A stretch of DNA of 63,379 nt, filler included, from Octopus bimaculoides (taxonomy: Eukaryota), in NCBI RefSeq assembly GCF_001194135.2. It is 5 parts of 5 records of this genome, joined end to end, with 100 filler letters (N's around TTAATTAATTAA, not from the genome) between each part and the next. Parts side by side here need not be neighbours in the genome. Positions count along the whole stretch, not along the records: positions 1 to 21,894 come from NC_069000.1; positions 21,995 to 35,946 come from NC_068998.1; 3 more parts are not named here. The stretch is one strand, 5' to 3'. How positions within the stretch are numbered: the first letter of the stretch is position 1; each line of letters starts with the position of its first letter. The notes below the pieces were generated by a model. The model was given only the letters and a program-made list of their open reading frames with translations. It was not told where the DNA came from and did no database searches. Of this stretch, positions 1-34,058 are shown piece by piece. Both the position numbers and the translations under genes were made by a program.

Positions 1-228
1 GATGCGTACTGCCTTAATTCTTCGAAACGCCGGAGTTTTAATGGTGGCAGCTGATGACGGGGATGTTTCTATGTGGCCTGCTTGTTTGTTGCACCTTGTT
101 TACCATTTTGTCCTTGTTCTTTTGCCACGTCATGTACCCAGTTATGTATCTATATGTACATGTAGATGAACGTATATACATACATGTACATATATATGCA
201 TATACTCATATATTGTTTATATATATAT

Positions 229-359
229 ACGACGTTCTTCTATCAGTTTCCGTCTACCAAATCCACTCACAAAGCTTTTGTCGGCCCGAGGCTATAGTAG
301 AAGACACTTGTCCAGGTGGTTGGTAAGCAAGCTACTTACCACACGGCCTCTCCTGCGCC
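229..359 (-). mobile_element. SINE family A, 5' part (tRNA-like head with internal deletion)
   Basis: Matches the reverse complement of the head/body seen at 22980 and 3290-3449. Confidence 0.8.
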
Positions 360-450
360 TATCTTCATAAACTTATTGAAATTTGAAGGTGTTTATTTAA
401 CTGTCTTGAAGATAACATTCTTTAATTTTCCTTGTTTCCTCCTTTCCCAG

Positions 451-21070
<20,620 letters not shown>

Positions 21071-21584
21071 GTATTTCTTTCAGTTTATCATTTTATCAAC
21101 AGCATCCGTTGCTGTCATTGCTTGAATCTCTTTTATAAGCTATGTGTGAGATTGAACTGACATTGATCTAACCCCAAATTTGTAGCCTTTAGGTTGACAC
21201 CCTGTGACTAAATTTTATAAAATGGGCTATCTAAATTAAGGCTCCACTTAACCCTTTAGCATTTAAACTGGTCATATCTGGCCCAAATATGTCCTGTTTT
21301 ATGTCCAAACTGGCCAGGTCTAGTCTCTCACACTTACCTTCCAATGTCATTCTAAATATAAACAATAACATCACCAAAATCTATGAGGTAATACATGATT
21401 AATTCAAGGTTCCGCCTGACCCATGCAGGCATGGAAAAGTGGACGTAAAAACGATGGATGTTAATGATTGAAATAGATAGATGCCAATACACCTAAATAA
21501 AACCTAACATCAAATTTGTAGCCTTTAGGTTGACACCATGTGATTAAATTATATAAAATGGGTTATTTAAATTAAGGCATCTAC

Positions 21585-21812
21585 TTAACCCTTAAGCATT
21601 TAAACCGGCCATATCTGGCCCAAATACGCCCCCCCCCCTGTTTTATGTCCAAATTGGCCATGTCTAGTCTCTCACACTTACCCTCCAATGTCATTCTAAA
21701 TATAAACATTGTCATCAAAATCTCAAATCTATGAGATAATACGTGATTAATCCAAAATAGTATGACTAAATAAGCTTTACATTTGTCGGTCATTTGAACG
21801 CTAAATGGTTAA
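21585..21812 (+). mobile_element. piggyBac-type MITE, full length (partial sister copy at 21248-21406)
   Basis: TTAA-cccttaagcatt ... aacgctaaatgg-TTAA. Confidence 0.75.
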
Positions 21813-21894
21813 TGTTTGTCATAGTTTTCTTGAATCATTTTACAATTATGGCCTGGGTAGTAAGTTTAGTTGTATTTGAACCCTCCATTAAGGA

Positions 21895-21994
21895 NNNNNN
21901 NNNNNNNNNNNNNNNNNNNNNNNNNNNNNNNNNNNNNNTTAATTAATTAANNNNNNNNNNNNNNNNNNNNNNNNNNNNNNNNNNNNNNNNNNNN
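21895..21994. other. Artificial scaffold join (44 N + TTAATTAATTAA + 44 N)
   Basis: Exact 100-nt layout, repeated four times in the window. Confidence 0.95.
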
Positions 21995-22031
<37 letters not shown>

Positions 22032-22140
22032 TGTGTGAGAGAGAGAGAGAGAGGAATGTTGCTTGAGAAATTAGGCGAAAATTAATAGTAATTTGCTGCA
22101 AACGACGAAGGAAACTTAGCTGCTAAGAGTCTGTGTATTT

Positions 22141-22142
22141 GA

Positions 22143-22193
<51 letters not shown>

Positions 22194-22262
22194 GAAAAAG
22201 AAACGAAGAAAGAAAGAAAGAAAGGAAAAAGAAACGAAGAAAGAAAGAAAGAAAGAAAGAAA
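22141..22262 (+). repeat. (AAAG)n microsatellite
   Basis: Direct reading. Confidence 0.95.
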
Positions 22263-22287
22263 ATAATACCGATTGCGTATTGTGAAA

Positions 22288-22606
22288 GCGCGTGGCTGAG
22301 TGGTTAGGGTATTCGACTTGCAATCATAAACTCGTGTGTTCGATTCTCAGCGGCACGTTGTGTCCTTGAGCAAGACACCCTATTTCACGTTGTTCCAGTC
22401 CACTTAACAGGCAAGAATGAGTTGTACCTTTATTTCAAAGGGCCAGCTTTGTCACATTCTGTGCCATACTGAATATCCCTGAGGACTACGTTATGGTTTC
22501 GCGTTCCTGTGGAGTGCTCAGCCACTTGCACGTTAATTTCACGAGCAGGCTGTTTTGTTGATTGGATTAAGTGGAACACTCGTCGTCGTTACCGATGAAG
22601 TGCCAG
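22288..22606 (+). mobile_element. Chimeric SINE: family-D-type head/body with family-C-type 3' tail
   Basis: gtgtccttgagcaagacaccctatttcacgttgttccag followed by gtggagtgctcagccacttgcacgttaatttcacgagcaggctg. Confidence 0.7.
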
Positions 22607-22979
22607 TTATTATGTCATTGACCCAGGTCATTGTTGACAGAAGACCGTGTGATTAACGATGCTCCAACCAAGTCTAACATGTCTTATTTTCAAACCTAGT
22701 ACACATAAGACTAATTAAGCAATTGCCTTTTTATTTTATTTTATTTTATTTTATTTATTTATCAATTTATTAAAATGGCATGGTTTCATCTCAGAGAGAT
22801 TTGGCTGCTATTTCTAGCACGTCGAGCAAAGACTTGAAAGCCTCCTTCATTACATATCACCAGGAAATATATATGGTAGTTTTTTCTTCATTTTTTAAAA
22901 AATCTTTTGAGTATATTCACAGTAGATGTTATGATCACAGACAGACACATCCTACACACGTTATTTATACTTCATAAGG

Positions 22980-23161
22980 TGTGGCTGTGTGGTAAGTACT
23001 TTGCTTACCAGCCACATGGTTCTGGGTTCAGTCTCACTGCGTGGCACCTTGGGCAAGTGTCTTCTACTATAGCCTCGGGCCGACCAAAGCCTTGTGAGTG
23101 GATTAGGTAGACGGAAACTGAAAGAAGCCCGTCGTATATATGTATATATATATATATATTA

Positions 23162-23205
<44 letters not shown>

Positions 23206-23308
23206 GTGTGTGTGTATATGTTTGTGAGTCTGTGTTTGTCCCCCCAACATCGCTTGACAACCGATGCTGGTGTGTTTACGTCCCCGTAACTTAGTGGTTC
23301 GGCAAACA
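22980..23308 (+). mobile_element. SINE family A copy running into an N-gap
   Basis: Head, body, (TA)n/(TATG)n and the start of the 3' module. Confidence 0.85.
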
Positions 23309-23939
23309 NNNNNNNNNNNNNNNNNNNNNNNNNNNNNNNNNNNNNNNNNNNNNNNNNNNNNNNNNNNNNNNNNNNNNNNNNNNNNNNNNNNNNNNNNNNN
23401 NNNNNNNNNNNNNNNNNNNNNNNNNNNNNNNNNNNNNNNNNNNNNNNNNNNNNNNNNNNNNNNNNNNNNNNNNNNNNNNNNNNNNNNNNNNNNNNNNNNN
23501 NNNNNNNNNNNNNNNNNNNNNNNNNNNNNNNNNNNNNNNNNNNNNNNNNNNNNNNNNNNNNNNNNNNNNNNNNNNNNNNNNNNNNNNNNNNNNNNNNNNN
23601 NNNNNNNNNNNNNNNNNNNNNNNNNNNNNNNNNNNNNNNNNNNNNNNNNNNNNNNNNNNNNNNNNNNNNNNNNNNNNNNNNNNNNNNNNNNNNNNNNNNN
23701 NNNNNNNNNNNNNNNNNNNNTGTGGCTGTGTGGTAAGTACTTTGCTTACCAGCCACATGGTTCTGGGTTCAGTCTCACTGCGTGGCACCTTGGGCAAGTG
23801 TCTTCTACTATAGCCTCGGGCCGACCAAAGCCTTGTGAGTGGATTAGGTAGACGGAAACTGAAAGAAGCCCGTCGTATATATGTATATATATATATATAT
23901 TAGGCACTATGTGCAAACACATTGTTTCACCTTTTATCT

Positions 23940-24325
23940 TTTGTTTTAGTCATTAGAGTGCCACCATGCTGGGGCACCGTCTTGAAAAATTTTAGCCGAA
24001 CAAATCGACAACCAGTACTCATTTTTTTTTAAAGCCTGGTCCTGATTCTATCGGTCTCTTTTGCTGAGCTGGTAGGTAACGGAGACGTAAACACACCAAC
24101 ATCAGTTGTAAAGTGCTGGGAAGGAACAAACACAGACACAAAACATACACACACGGATATATATGTAGTTGTGGTGTGTGTGGGGGGGGGGGGCTTTTTT
24201 GCAGTTTCCAGCTACCAAATTCACTGACAAAGCTATAACAGAAAAACATTTGCCCAAGGTGAAGCGTTATGGGACTGAACCCGGAACCATGTGGTTGGGG
24301 AGCATACCTACCATACAGCCACATA
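23940..24325 (-). mobile_element. SINE family A, complete diverged copy
   Basis: Colinear with 3068-3449. Confidence 0.7.
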
Positions 24326-26773
24326 ACGTTATATATATAATTTCTAAAACATATACAAAGATTTGGAATTTATTGGCAAAATATAGATTATACAGGTATC
24401 GTCACTAGCTTTTCGACCCGGACGAATAAAAAATAAGATTGACTTTGGCGAGATTTGACCTCAGAAAGAAAAGTACCTACCTAGATACCGCGAAGTATTT
24501 TGTCCCCGGCTCAAACATATTTTCTATATAGAAATTATCACTCACAGTATAGGTTTTTTTTTGTTTTTTTTATCACTGGATACTATAATTTGAAGTTGTG
24601 ATGTTCATATTCCGATCCTGTGCTAACTTTCTTATCGTCTTCTTTTTTTTTTTCAGGTGCATGTGGCACATAAGTATATAAAACGAAAATGCTTCACCCA
24701 AGATTCGAAACAACATGCTCATTCCTCATCGGTTAGTCGGCTTTACGCAGTTGCTTTTACTGCTGGAAATGATAGCTAAATCTTATTCCTATCGCTCGCA
24801 CGTCATCGTCTTAAACAAGGAAAACAAGATACAGTCAACAATAATACAGTTCTAGATATGCTTGGTAAAAGGACGGTATGGTCATAGGTGGAACCTTGTT
24901 TGACCGAAGCCGATCTGGGACTAAAGCAACCACATTCAATAAGGGTGTTTTCTGAGGATGTCTCAAATTTGTAGTTTGACCAACTAAAATGTAACCCTTA
25001 TACCTGCCTCAAATCACACCTTGTATAGGAAGTGTATATGGAAAATATTGGCTGGAATAAACTAACACGGGATGGTCGCGATTAAAATGCTTTTTATACA
25101 TAGTTTTTTTTTCCCCGTTAAGGGCTGATATAGGTCTAAGCAATAGGAGCACTCTTAATTGTTGGTTCCATTTTTCTTCAGGTACAAAAAAAAAAAAAAA
25201 ANNNNNNNNNNNNNNNNNNNNNNNNNNNNNNNNNNNNNNNNNNNNNNNNNNNNNNNNNNNNNNNNNNNNNNNNNNNNNNNNNNNNNNNNNNNNNNNNNNN
25301 NNNNNNNNNNNNNNNNNNNNNNNNNNNNNNNNNNNNNNNNNNNNNNNNNNNNNNNNNNNNNNNNNNNNNNNNNNNNNNNNNNNNNNNNNNNNNNNNNNNN
25401 NNNNNNNNNNNNNNNNNNNNNNNNNNNNNNNNNNNNNNNNNNNNNNNNNNNNNNNNNNNNNNNNNNNNNNNNNNNNNNNNNNNNNNNNNNNNNNNNNNNN
25501 NNNNNNNNNNNNNNNNNNNNNNNNNNNNNNNNNNNNACTATTGTGTCCGAGAGAGATTCATTCTGTTTTAGTGCTTTGTTATTTAACACACTTACCGGTC
25601 TGATTCCCACTTATTTTTGTTCTAAAGTAAATGAGTGGAAATCGAACCAGTGAGTGTGTTAAGTAATAAAGCACTAAAAGAGAATGACTCTCCCCAGAAA
25701 CGATAATATATGCTTCAACACACGAATTTGCATAAAGAAACTTGCAAACCAAATACAAAAACAATATACATATATATATATATATATCACTGAGATTTAT
25801 TATCGTATATATATATATATATATATATAGGACACAATATATGTCTTTAAGTGGTACTAATAGTTTCTTATGCTGAGAAATATCTCAAGCATATATCAGG
25901 CACAAACCACATTTACACACACCACAGAGAAACAGATCCAAGCATGCATACATATATACATACATACGTGCGTATGTATGTGTATGAATGTGCACATACA
26001 TAATATATATCGGTCAGTGCTCCATATACTCAAACAATGACACACTCTAAAAATTATAGAATATTTAGAGGGTGACCACTGGTTTTGCACCTATGCAGTT
26101 AAGAGCTTTATGGGTGCGAAACCAATATTCATTCTCTGACCGGCTAAAACAGACTAGCTTTCTAAATTTATACATATATATGATATTATATTATATTATA
26201 TTATATTATATTATATTATATTATCTTATACTATATTATGATTCGGCGCCAATGAGTGTTATTCATTTTTAAATCGTGTTTTACATTTTTTTGTTGTCTT
26301 GCTTAGTTGAATCGAATGTGTGGTTTTTATTCGAAGAAAGGAAATGGTAATCGAAACTCAGGTGCTGACGCCGACCTTTAAGACAATGTAAAACTGTAAA
26401 ATTACCGAATAAGAGCTAACAATAACAACAACATCAATGAGAAATACACACATGTACGTATATGCGCGCAGATACTTACGTACACACATGTACAAGAAGA
26501 AGCCGAATTTGAAACTTAATTAGAACATCATGCGAAAAGTTAAACTAGTTCAGATTAGAAGATTAAAAACTTTAAAATTATATTACCTTAACATCACATT
26601 ATGACTGTCAGTTCAATAAAGATTGGTTAATGAAAAATAATCCAGTATTAATTTAGTCTCCAAAAATATTCGTTCCGTTTTCTCCCTCCTATTGTTTAAA
26701 GAATGTGATTAAGGAAGATGAGAAAAAGTCTACAGAACCGAACAAATCCTTCGTGTATAGTCATTGCCTGCTA

Positions 26774-26809
<36 letters not shown>

Positions 26810-26811
26810 AC

Positions 26812-26852
<41 letters not shown>
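26774..26852 (+). repeat. (TAG)n microsatellite
   Basis: Direct reading. Confidence 0.95.
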
Positions 26853-26853
<1 letters not shown>

Positions 26854-27121
26854 TTATTGTTTTCGTTGTTGTTGTTGGTGTTGTTTTTGTTTCTATCGCT
26901 CTGTTGCAGTTAGATGCCGAGTAGTGAGGTATGATGAAAGAGTGGTAGGGGGAGGGAGAGGGAGGGGGGCTTTACTTATATATCAAGAGTCATTCTAAAC
27001 AGGCGACTAATAACATTCACGTCTTCAAGACTGCTGCGCTCAGCGACCCAACTTGTTTCCCCCAAAAGTGAAAAAAAAAAGAAGAAGAAAAAAGAACAGA
27101 GAGGTTATGATACATGCGCTA

Positions 27122-27159
<38 letters not shown>

Positions 27160-27599
27160 ACAAGTGTGCCACTGATTGTTTCCACTTCTCTGTTCGTATG
27201 TGGGTGTCTCTTTCTATGCTGTCTTTGTTAGACTGTTTTTCCAGATCATTGTGTACGTTTGTGCGTTTGTGTGTTAGTCTTTTAACTTACCATGACTTCC
27301 TCTCTCTTTCTTTCTCTCTCTGTCTCCCTCTCTCTCTCTCTTTTTCCCCCCACGCTCTCTTTCTCTCTAGCTCACTCTCTCTCTCTCTATATATATATGT
27401 CTATGTGCGTTCGTGTGTATGTATATATGAACGTATGTAACTGCATGTGTGTGCATGTGCATTCATATATGCGTGTAATGCATGTATATGTGCGTACGTT
27501 TAAGCTTGTATGTATTTTATATGTATGTACCTATTTTTTGTGTATGTATGTACGTATGTGTTTCTTTGTGTAGGTTTCTTTGTGAGTATGTATATATGC

Positions 27600-27630
<31 letters not shown>

Positions 27631-28341
27631 TACAATATATGTGTGCGTGAGTGAGTGTATGTGTGTGAACGTATAGATGCGTATGTATGTTTATATATAT
27701 CTTTATGCAACTTTATTTACATATTTCTATATATATGAATGAATGGATACGTATGTGTTCATGTATAAATATTTATGGGTGTTTCTTTATGCGTATACAC
27801 ACACACACTCACACAAAAACACACTCACACACACACAAACATATATACATGTATATATGAATATATAAGGGTGCGTATGTGTGTGTGTATAAGTGTGCTT
27901 ATACATACATATTCACGTATGTAATTGAGGGTGTGTAATGTATGCGTATATGTGTGGGTGTGCATGAACGCGGGTATGTGTGGGTGTGTGTGTGTTACTG
28001 CAAAAGTTCTGTTATTAAAGTGAAAGCTGTGGAAGAACAATATCCAAGAATGTAACACCCAGACTCACATATATATATATAACATAAAACTCACATACAT
28101 TCATACATACACACACATACATACATGCAAAAATACATACATACATACACACATACATACATTCATACAGGCACATTATAATCACACCTCATTTGTGCGC
28201 GTAAATTATATCTGCCTGCACACCTTCAGCAAAACCCAAGCCTATCCTTTTACACACCTCCACTAAAAGCAACAAACATATATTCGTACGCACACACACA
28301 CACCACACACACACCACACACACACACACACCACACACACA

Positions 28342-28380
<39 letters not shown>

Positions 28381-28688
28381 GATGCACTCTCTCCCCCCTC
28401 TCTCTCTCCCTCTCTCTCTCTCTCTCTCACACACACTCATACACTCACAAGCACACACACATATATACATGTGTGCGTGTGTGTGTGTGCTAACTTTTTT
28501 TTATGATTTAGCGCACAAATAAGATGTGATAATAATGTGTTTGTATGTATGTATGTATGTATGTATGCGCGTAATTATGAATGTATTATGTTATGTGTGT
28601 ATGAGTTTGGGTGCAACATTCTTGGATATTGTTCATCCACAGCTTTCACTTAAATAAAAGAACATTATATATATATATATATATATAT

Positions 28689-29035
28689 TTTACTTGTTTC
28701 AGTCTTTTGACTGTGGCCATGCTGGAGCACCGCCTTTAGTCGAGCAAATCGACCCCAGGACTTATTCTTTAGAAGCCTAGTACTTATTCTATCAGTCTCT
28801 ATTGCCGAACCGCTAAGTTACGGGGACATAAACACACCAGCATCGGTTGTCAAGCGATGTTGGGGGGACACAAACACAGACACACATACATATATACGAC
28901 GGGCTTCTTTCAGTTTCCGTCTACCAAATCCACTCACAAGGCTTTGGTCGGCCCGAGGCTATAGTAGAAGACACTTGCCCAAGATGCCACGCAGTGGGAC
29001 TGAACCCGGGACCATGTGGTTGGTAAGCCACTCCT
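28689..29035 (-). mobile_element. SINE family A, complete copy
   Basis: Highly similar to 3068-3449. Confidence 0.85.
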
Positions 29036-29265
29036 ACGTCTATNNNNNNNNNNNNNNNNNNNNNNNNNNNNNNNNNNNNNNNNNNNNNNNNNNNNNNNNN
29101 NNNNNNNNNNNNNNNNNNNNNNNNNNNNNNNNNNNNNNNNNNNNNNNNNNNNNNNNNNNNNNNNNNNNNNNNNNNNNNNNNNNNNNNNNNNNNNNNNNNN
29201 NNNNNNNNNNNNNNNNNNNNNNNNNNNNNNNNNATATATATATATATATATACATATACACATAC

Positions 29266-29298
<33 letters not shown>

Positions 29299-29574
29299 AT
29301 ATAATATAATAATATATATTTTTGCATATATACATACAAATATGTACATACCTACATATATATGTATATATACATGCATATATGGGTATAGGACGTCAAA
29401 AGAACGTGAACAAAAAGAAAAATGAGAACATAAAAAAATAAAAAAACATGGAAAACGATTTTCTTTTTCGAACAACGAAAGAAACAAATAGAGAAACGAG
29501 GCAGGCAACATAAAGAACAATCCCTTCATCAGTTGTCCTCTGCCACGCATCCACTCTTTTATTCTTTTGCTCTT

Positions 29575-29950
29575 TGATATGTTTCGGTCCTTTGACTGCG
29601 GTCATGCTGGAGCACCGCCTTAAAGGGTGTTAGTCGAAGAAATCGACCCCAGAGCTTCTTCTTTTTAAGCCTAGTACTTTCTATCGGTCTCTTTGCCGAA
29701 CCACTAAGGTACGGGGATATAAACACACCAGCATCGGTTGTCAAGCGATGGCGGGAAGGCAAATACAGACACACACGCAAATATATTTATATACACGACG
29801 GGCTTCTTCCAGTTTCCGTCTACCAAATCCACTCACAAGGCTTTGATCGGCCCGAGGCTATAGTAGACGACACTTGCCCAAGGTGCCACACAGAGGGACT
29901 GAACTCGGAACCATGGTGTTGGGGAGCAAGATTCCTACCACACACCCACT
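29575..29950 (-). mobile_element. SINE family A, complete copy
   Basis: Colinear with 28689-29035. Confidence 0.8.
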
Positions 29951-30836
29951 AAATATATATGTAATGTTTTTTTTTCATTCCTTTGTTTGTTTCATTCATT
30001 AGACAGCAACCATGCTGGGGCACTGCCTTGAAGAGTGTTGGCAGTTAAACCGGACCTCGTACTTGTCTTTACTCCTGGTATTTATTCCATCGGAATTTTC
30101 CTGTCCAACAGCCTGCTTATAGGAACAAGAAAGAAAGCTAGCNNNNNNNNNNNNNNNNNNNNNNNNNNNNNNNNNNNNNNNNNNNNNNNNNNNNNNNNNN
30201 NNNNNNNNNNNNNNNNNNNNNNNNNNNNNNNNNNNNNNNNNNNNNNNNNNNNNNNNNNNNNNNNNNNNNNNNNNNNNNNNNNNNNNNNNNNNNNNNNNNN
30301 NNNNNNNNNNNNNNNNNNNNNNNNNNNNNNNNNNNNNNNNNNNNNNNNNNNNNNNNNNNNNNNNNNNNNNNNNNNNNNNNNNNNNNNNNNNNNNNNNNNN
30401 NNNNNNNNNNNNNNNNNNNNNNNNNNNNNNNNNNNNNNNNNNNNNNNNNNNNNNNNNNNNNNNNNNNNNNNNNNNNNNNNNNNNNNNNNNNNNNNNNNNN
30501 NNNNNNNNNNNNNNNNNNNNNNNNNNNNNNNNNNNNNNNNNNNNNNNNNNNNNNNNNNNNNNNNNNNNNNNNNNNNNNNNNNNNNNNNNNNNNNNNNNNN
30601 NNNNNNNNNNNNNNNNNNNNNNNNNNNNNNNNNNNNNNNNNNNNNNNNNNNNNNNNNNNNNNNNNNNNNNNNNNNNNNNNNNNNNNNNNNNNNNGTATTA
30701 CGTGTAAGAGGGTAGGGGGACTGTGAGTGTACGGTCACAGAGGATGGCAAACCAGCCGTTTATATTTTCTGTTTCTCCTACAGACAGGGTAGGGCATCTG
30801 ACAAGAACAGCAGAGCTTATCTGTCATATAGATAAC

Positions 30837-30896
<60 letters not shown>

Positions 30897-31957
30897 TAAT
30901 AAATAATCTGCTAAACACACACATATTAAAATTCTTCTCTTAACATTAAATTCTTCATTTAGATAATCCATAATTAGTCAATTTCAATTGATAACTTTTG
31001 TTCTTGTCCTCTCTTTTCAGAACGTATGTGTGTGTGTGTTCATTCATCTTTTGTTTTTTTTTATTTATTTATATTCCCTTTTTTCCCCTTAACTTTAATT
31101 CTTCCGCTCCTTGTTTTTTACGTTCAGCTTTAGATTTATTTATTTATTTATTTTATTAATTTATTTACTTCTTTTGATCATTATGTTATCATTTCTTACC
31201 ACACAGACACACATGCACACAGACACACATACACAAGCACACACACACGCATACNNNNNNNNNNATATATATATATGTATGTATGTATGTATGTATATAT
31301 GTGTGTATGTGTATTTTTGTGTGTCTGTGTTTGTCCCCCACCACCATCGCTTGACAACGATGCTGGTGTGTTTACGTCTCCGTAACTTAGCAGCTGGGCA
31401 AAGAGACTGATAGAATAAGTACTAGGCTTACAAAGAATAAGTTCAGGGGGCGATTTGTTCGACTAAAGGTGGTGCTCCAGCATGGCCGCAGTCAAAATGA
31501 CTGAAATAGATATGAGTAAAAGTGTATATACATATACACATACATACATACATGCATATATATATATATATATATATAGCTTTATTTATATTATACTCAT
31601 TTATTGTGCTTTTAATTGTTAATTTTTCTATATGTGATAGTGGATTTTCATCGATGAGTTCTTGAAACTTGGTTATTTTCCCTAAAACTATATATTTTAT
31701 ATATATTTTNNNNNNNNNNNNNNNNNNNNNNNNNNNNNNNNNNNNNNNNNNNNNNNNNNNNNNNNNNNNNNNNNNNNNNNNNNNNNNNNNNNNNNNNNNN
31801 NNNNNNNNNNNNNNNNNNNNNNNNNNNNNNNNNNNNNNNNNNNNNNNNNNGTATGTATATATATATATATTTCGTCAGTTAAACACGTACTATTCTACGT
31901 GAATTGGACTTCATTTTTTTTTTATATATATCTTTATTAAGAAACATTTCTCATGGT

Positions 31958-33165
31958 TCAAAAAGACAAAATGGTACAGATGTTGCCTTGGAGGCAGGCG
32001 AGAGAGATGTGCTGGAACAGCCACTGCGACTCACGTGGCTCGTACTTACAGACAGCCATCTCCGCCCCTATTGCGGTGAGCAGGGATATGGTTCGGGAGC
32101 CAAGAACGCTGGCGGTCTCCACAGCTCGACCATAAACTTGTCGGAGAGCGACCGATACCTTAACAATTTGCTTTTCTTAGCCTGACAAGCAGCGGAGCCT
32201 GAGCTGATGGCTGACCACACCTAATTGCCGCTGGAGAAAGTATCACAGCTTGTGACAACCAGATGAGCCCACCGCTACTGAACGGGAAAATTGTTATACC
32301 GTCCGTCCTTTTACCGTTCCCTCGGTGTAACCCCGCTGGCTCGAGGTGGGAAGAGAAGCCTGCGGCGTCTAGGCCATTCTTGTGAAGGGCAGCATAGCGT
32401 GGAAGACGGCCAACACAATGACGCAAGACAATGAATGGAGACCGAAAGAATACACAGTGGATCCGCAGCGGCATTCATGAAACTCACAGATCTGGAGGTC
32501 AAGCCTCAAAGAAACGCTGATGCGAAGATACTCGCTATCAAGCTGAGTGCCAGTTGCGAGTGATGGCACTGCATTGAGTGAAGATCCATTGTAAGTTTCG
32601 GAGGCTAAGCGGACACATGCCCGACGGTGATAGTCAAGTCGACGCACGAACTCATCTGCGATCATGCTACACTGGATGGCATCCCATTTCTTATTTAAAA
32701 GGACCGGACGTTCATATAGGGGAGAGGGCGTGGGCGTCAGCAGGGTGCAGGCCGAGCTGACTCCGTGTCGCGTAGGCCACCTCGCGTTCCCCAATCAAGA
32801 TAGTTCAGTTGTGTTGCGAAAAACACTGGAAATAAGGTCACGGCAAGAGGTCACCTAGGAGAAAAAAGCCAGTGAGACGGGATATCGAAGGCCGAGGCCG
32901 AGGCCGTTATATTTGATGAGTAAAGCGGCCTGTTATCATTCAGTGTCGTCGAATCGAACGTTGTATATCTCTTCGGCGGTTCGTTGGATACAGGCATCGA
33001 GATATGTGAGGAGAGATATGTGACTGTAGCAAGGGGCACTTCAGAGGGGTGTACAATAGCCTCGGCATGGCGAAGCAGTTCTTTAACAGAAGCAATGCCG
33101 CATGGGCGTCGATCCCATTCAATCTGTATGTCAATCTTTCAAGCTGGAAATATTTAGAGCTGAAA
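31958..33165 (-). mobile_element. Decayed 5'-truncated non-LTR retrotransposon with a C-terminal restriction-like endonuclease (CRE-like, early-branching clade)
   Basis: Frameshifted minus-strand peptides in canonical order: LERLTYRLNGIDAHAALLLLKNCFAMPRLLY; LRISVSLRLDLQICEFHECRCGSTVYSFGLHSLSC (Cys/His knuckle); HLEPAGLHRGNGKRTDGITIFPFSSG (RPDG-like); ESQWLFQHISLACLQGN near the stop. Confidence 0.75.
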
Positions 33166-33451
33166 GTGGAGGACTGAGTCCCACAGCGTGGCACCTTAGG
33201 CAAGTGTCTTCTACTATAGCCTCATGCTGACCATGCTGTAAGAAACCCGCTGTATCTATGTAGTCATGTATGTATATATGTTTGTATGTATCCATATATA
33301 TATATATATATCACACATCCAAAACGGAGACGAACACCATTCCTCCATGTGATCGACTTACGATATTAAGATATTAAGTTATTTTCTAAACATGAAACCA
33401 ATGGTAACCTTAATACAGAATAAAGAAATGCGGTGTTGGGCACTTATTCTC

Positions 33452-33519
<68 letters not shown>

Positions 33520-33949
33520 TTTATGTCTGTGTTTGTCCTCATTCACCGTTTGACAACGGTGCTGGTGTTTTTGTGTCTCCTTAAATATAGCGCTACGGCA
33601 AAAGAGACCGATAGAGTAAGTACTAGGCTTTAAAAAGCAAGTACTGGTGTCGATACACTCCACTAAAATTTCAAGACGATGCCCCAGCATGACCGCAGTC
33701 AAATGATTGAAAACAAGCGAAAGATGAAAGGCTAAAAGTCTGTGTGGCGCGTGTTTCCACTTCAAAGATATCCTCGAATGTTGCATTCGGTTACATCCAA
33801 CTGGTTTCAGTTGCCAACAATACAGGATATGCAGAAGGAAGACGTGTCGGACAGAGATTTTATGCAAATACATTGTGGATAATACTGTAATACGATCTTT
33901 GTGGATACATAATTCTCAATTCTCATTTTAACACCGCATACATACAATC

Positions 33950-34026
33950 ATACATACATACATACGTACATACATACATACATACATACATACATACATA
34001 CATACATACATACAAACATACATACA

Positions 34027-34055
<29 letters not shown>
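33950..34055 (+). repeat. (TACA)n microsatellite
   Basis: Direct reading. Confidence 0.95.

Positions 34056-34058
<3 letters not shown>

Noticed and set aside
24700-24740. Possible minus-strand hammerhead (CCGATGAGG...TTTCGAAT)
   Set aside because: Two core changes, a wobble-only stem II and no convincing stems I or III.
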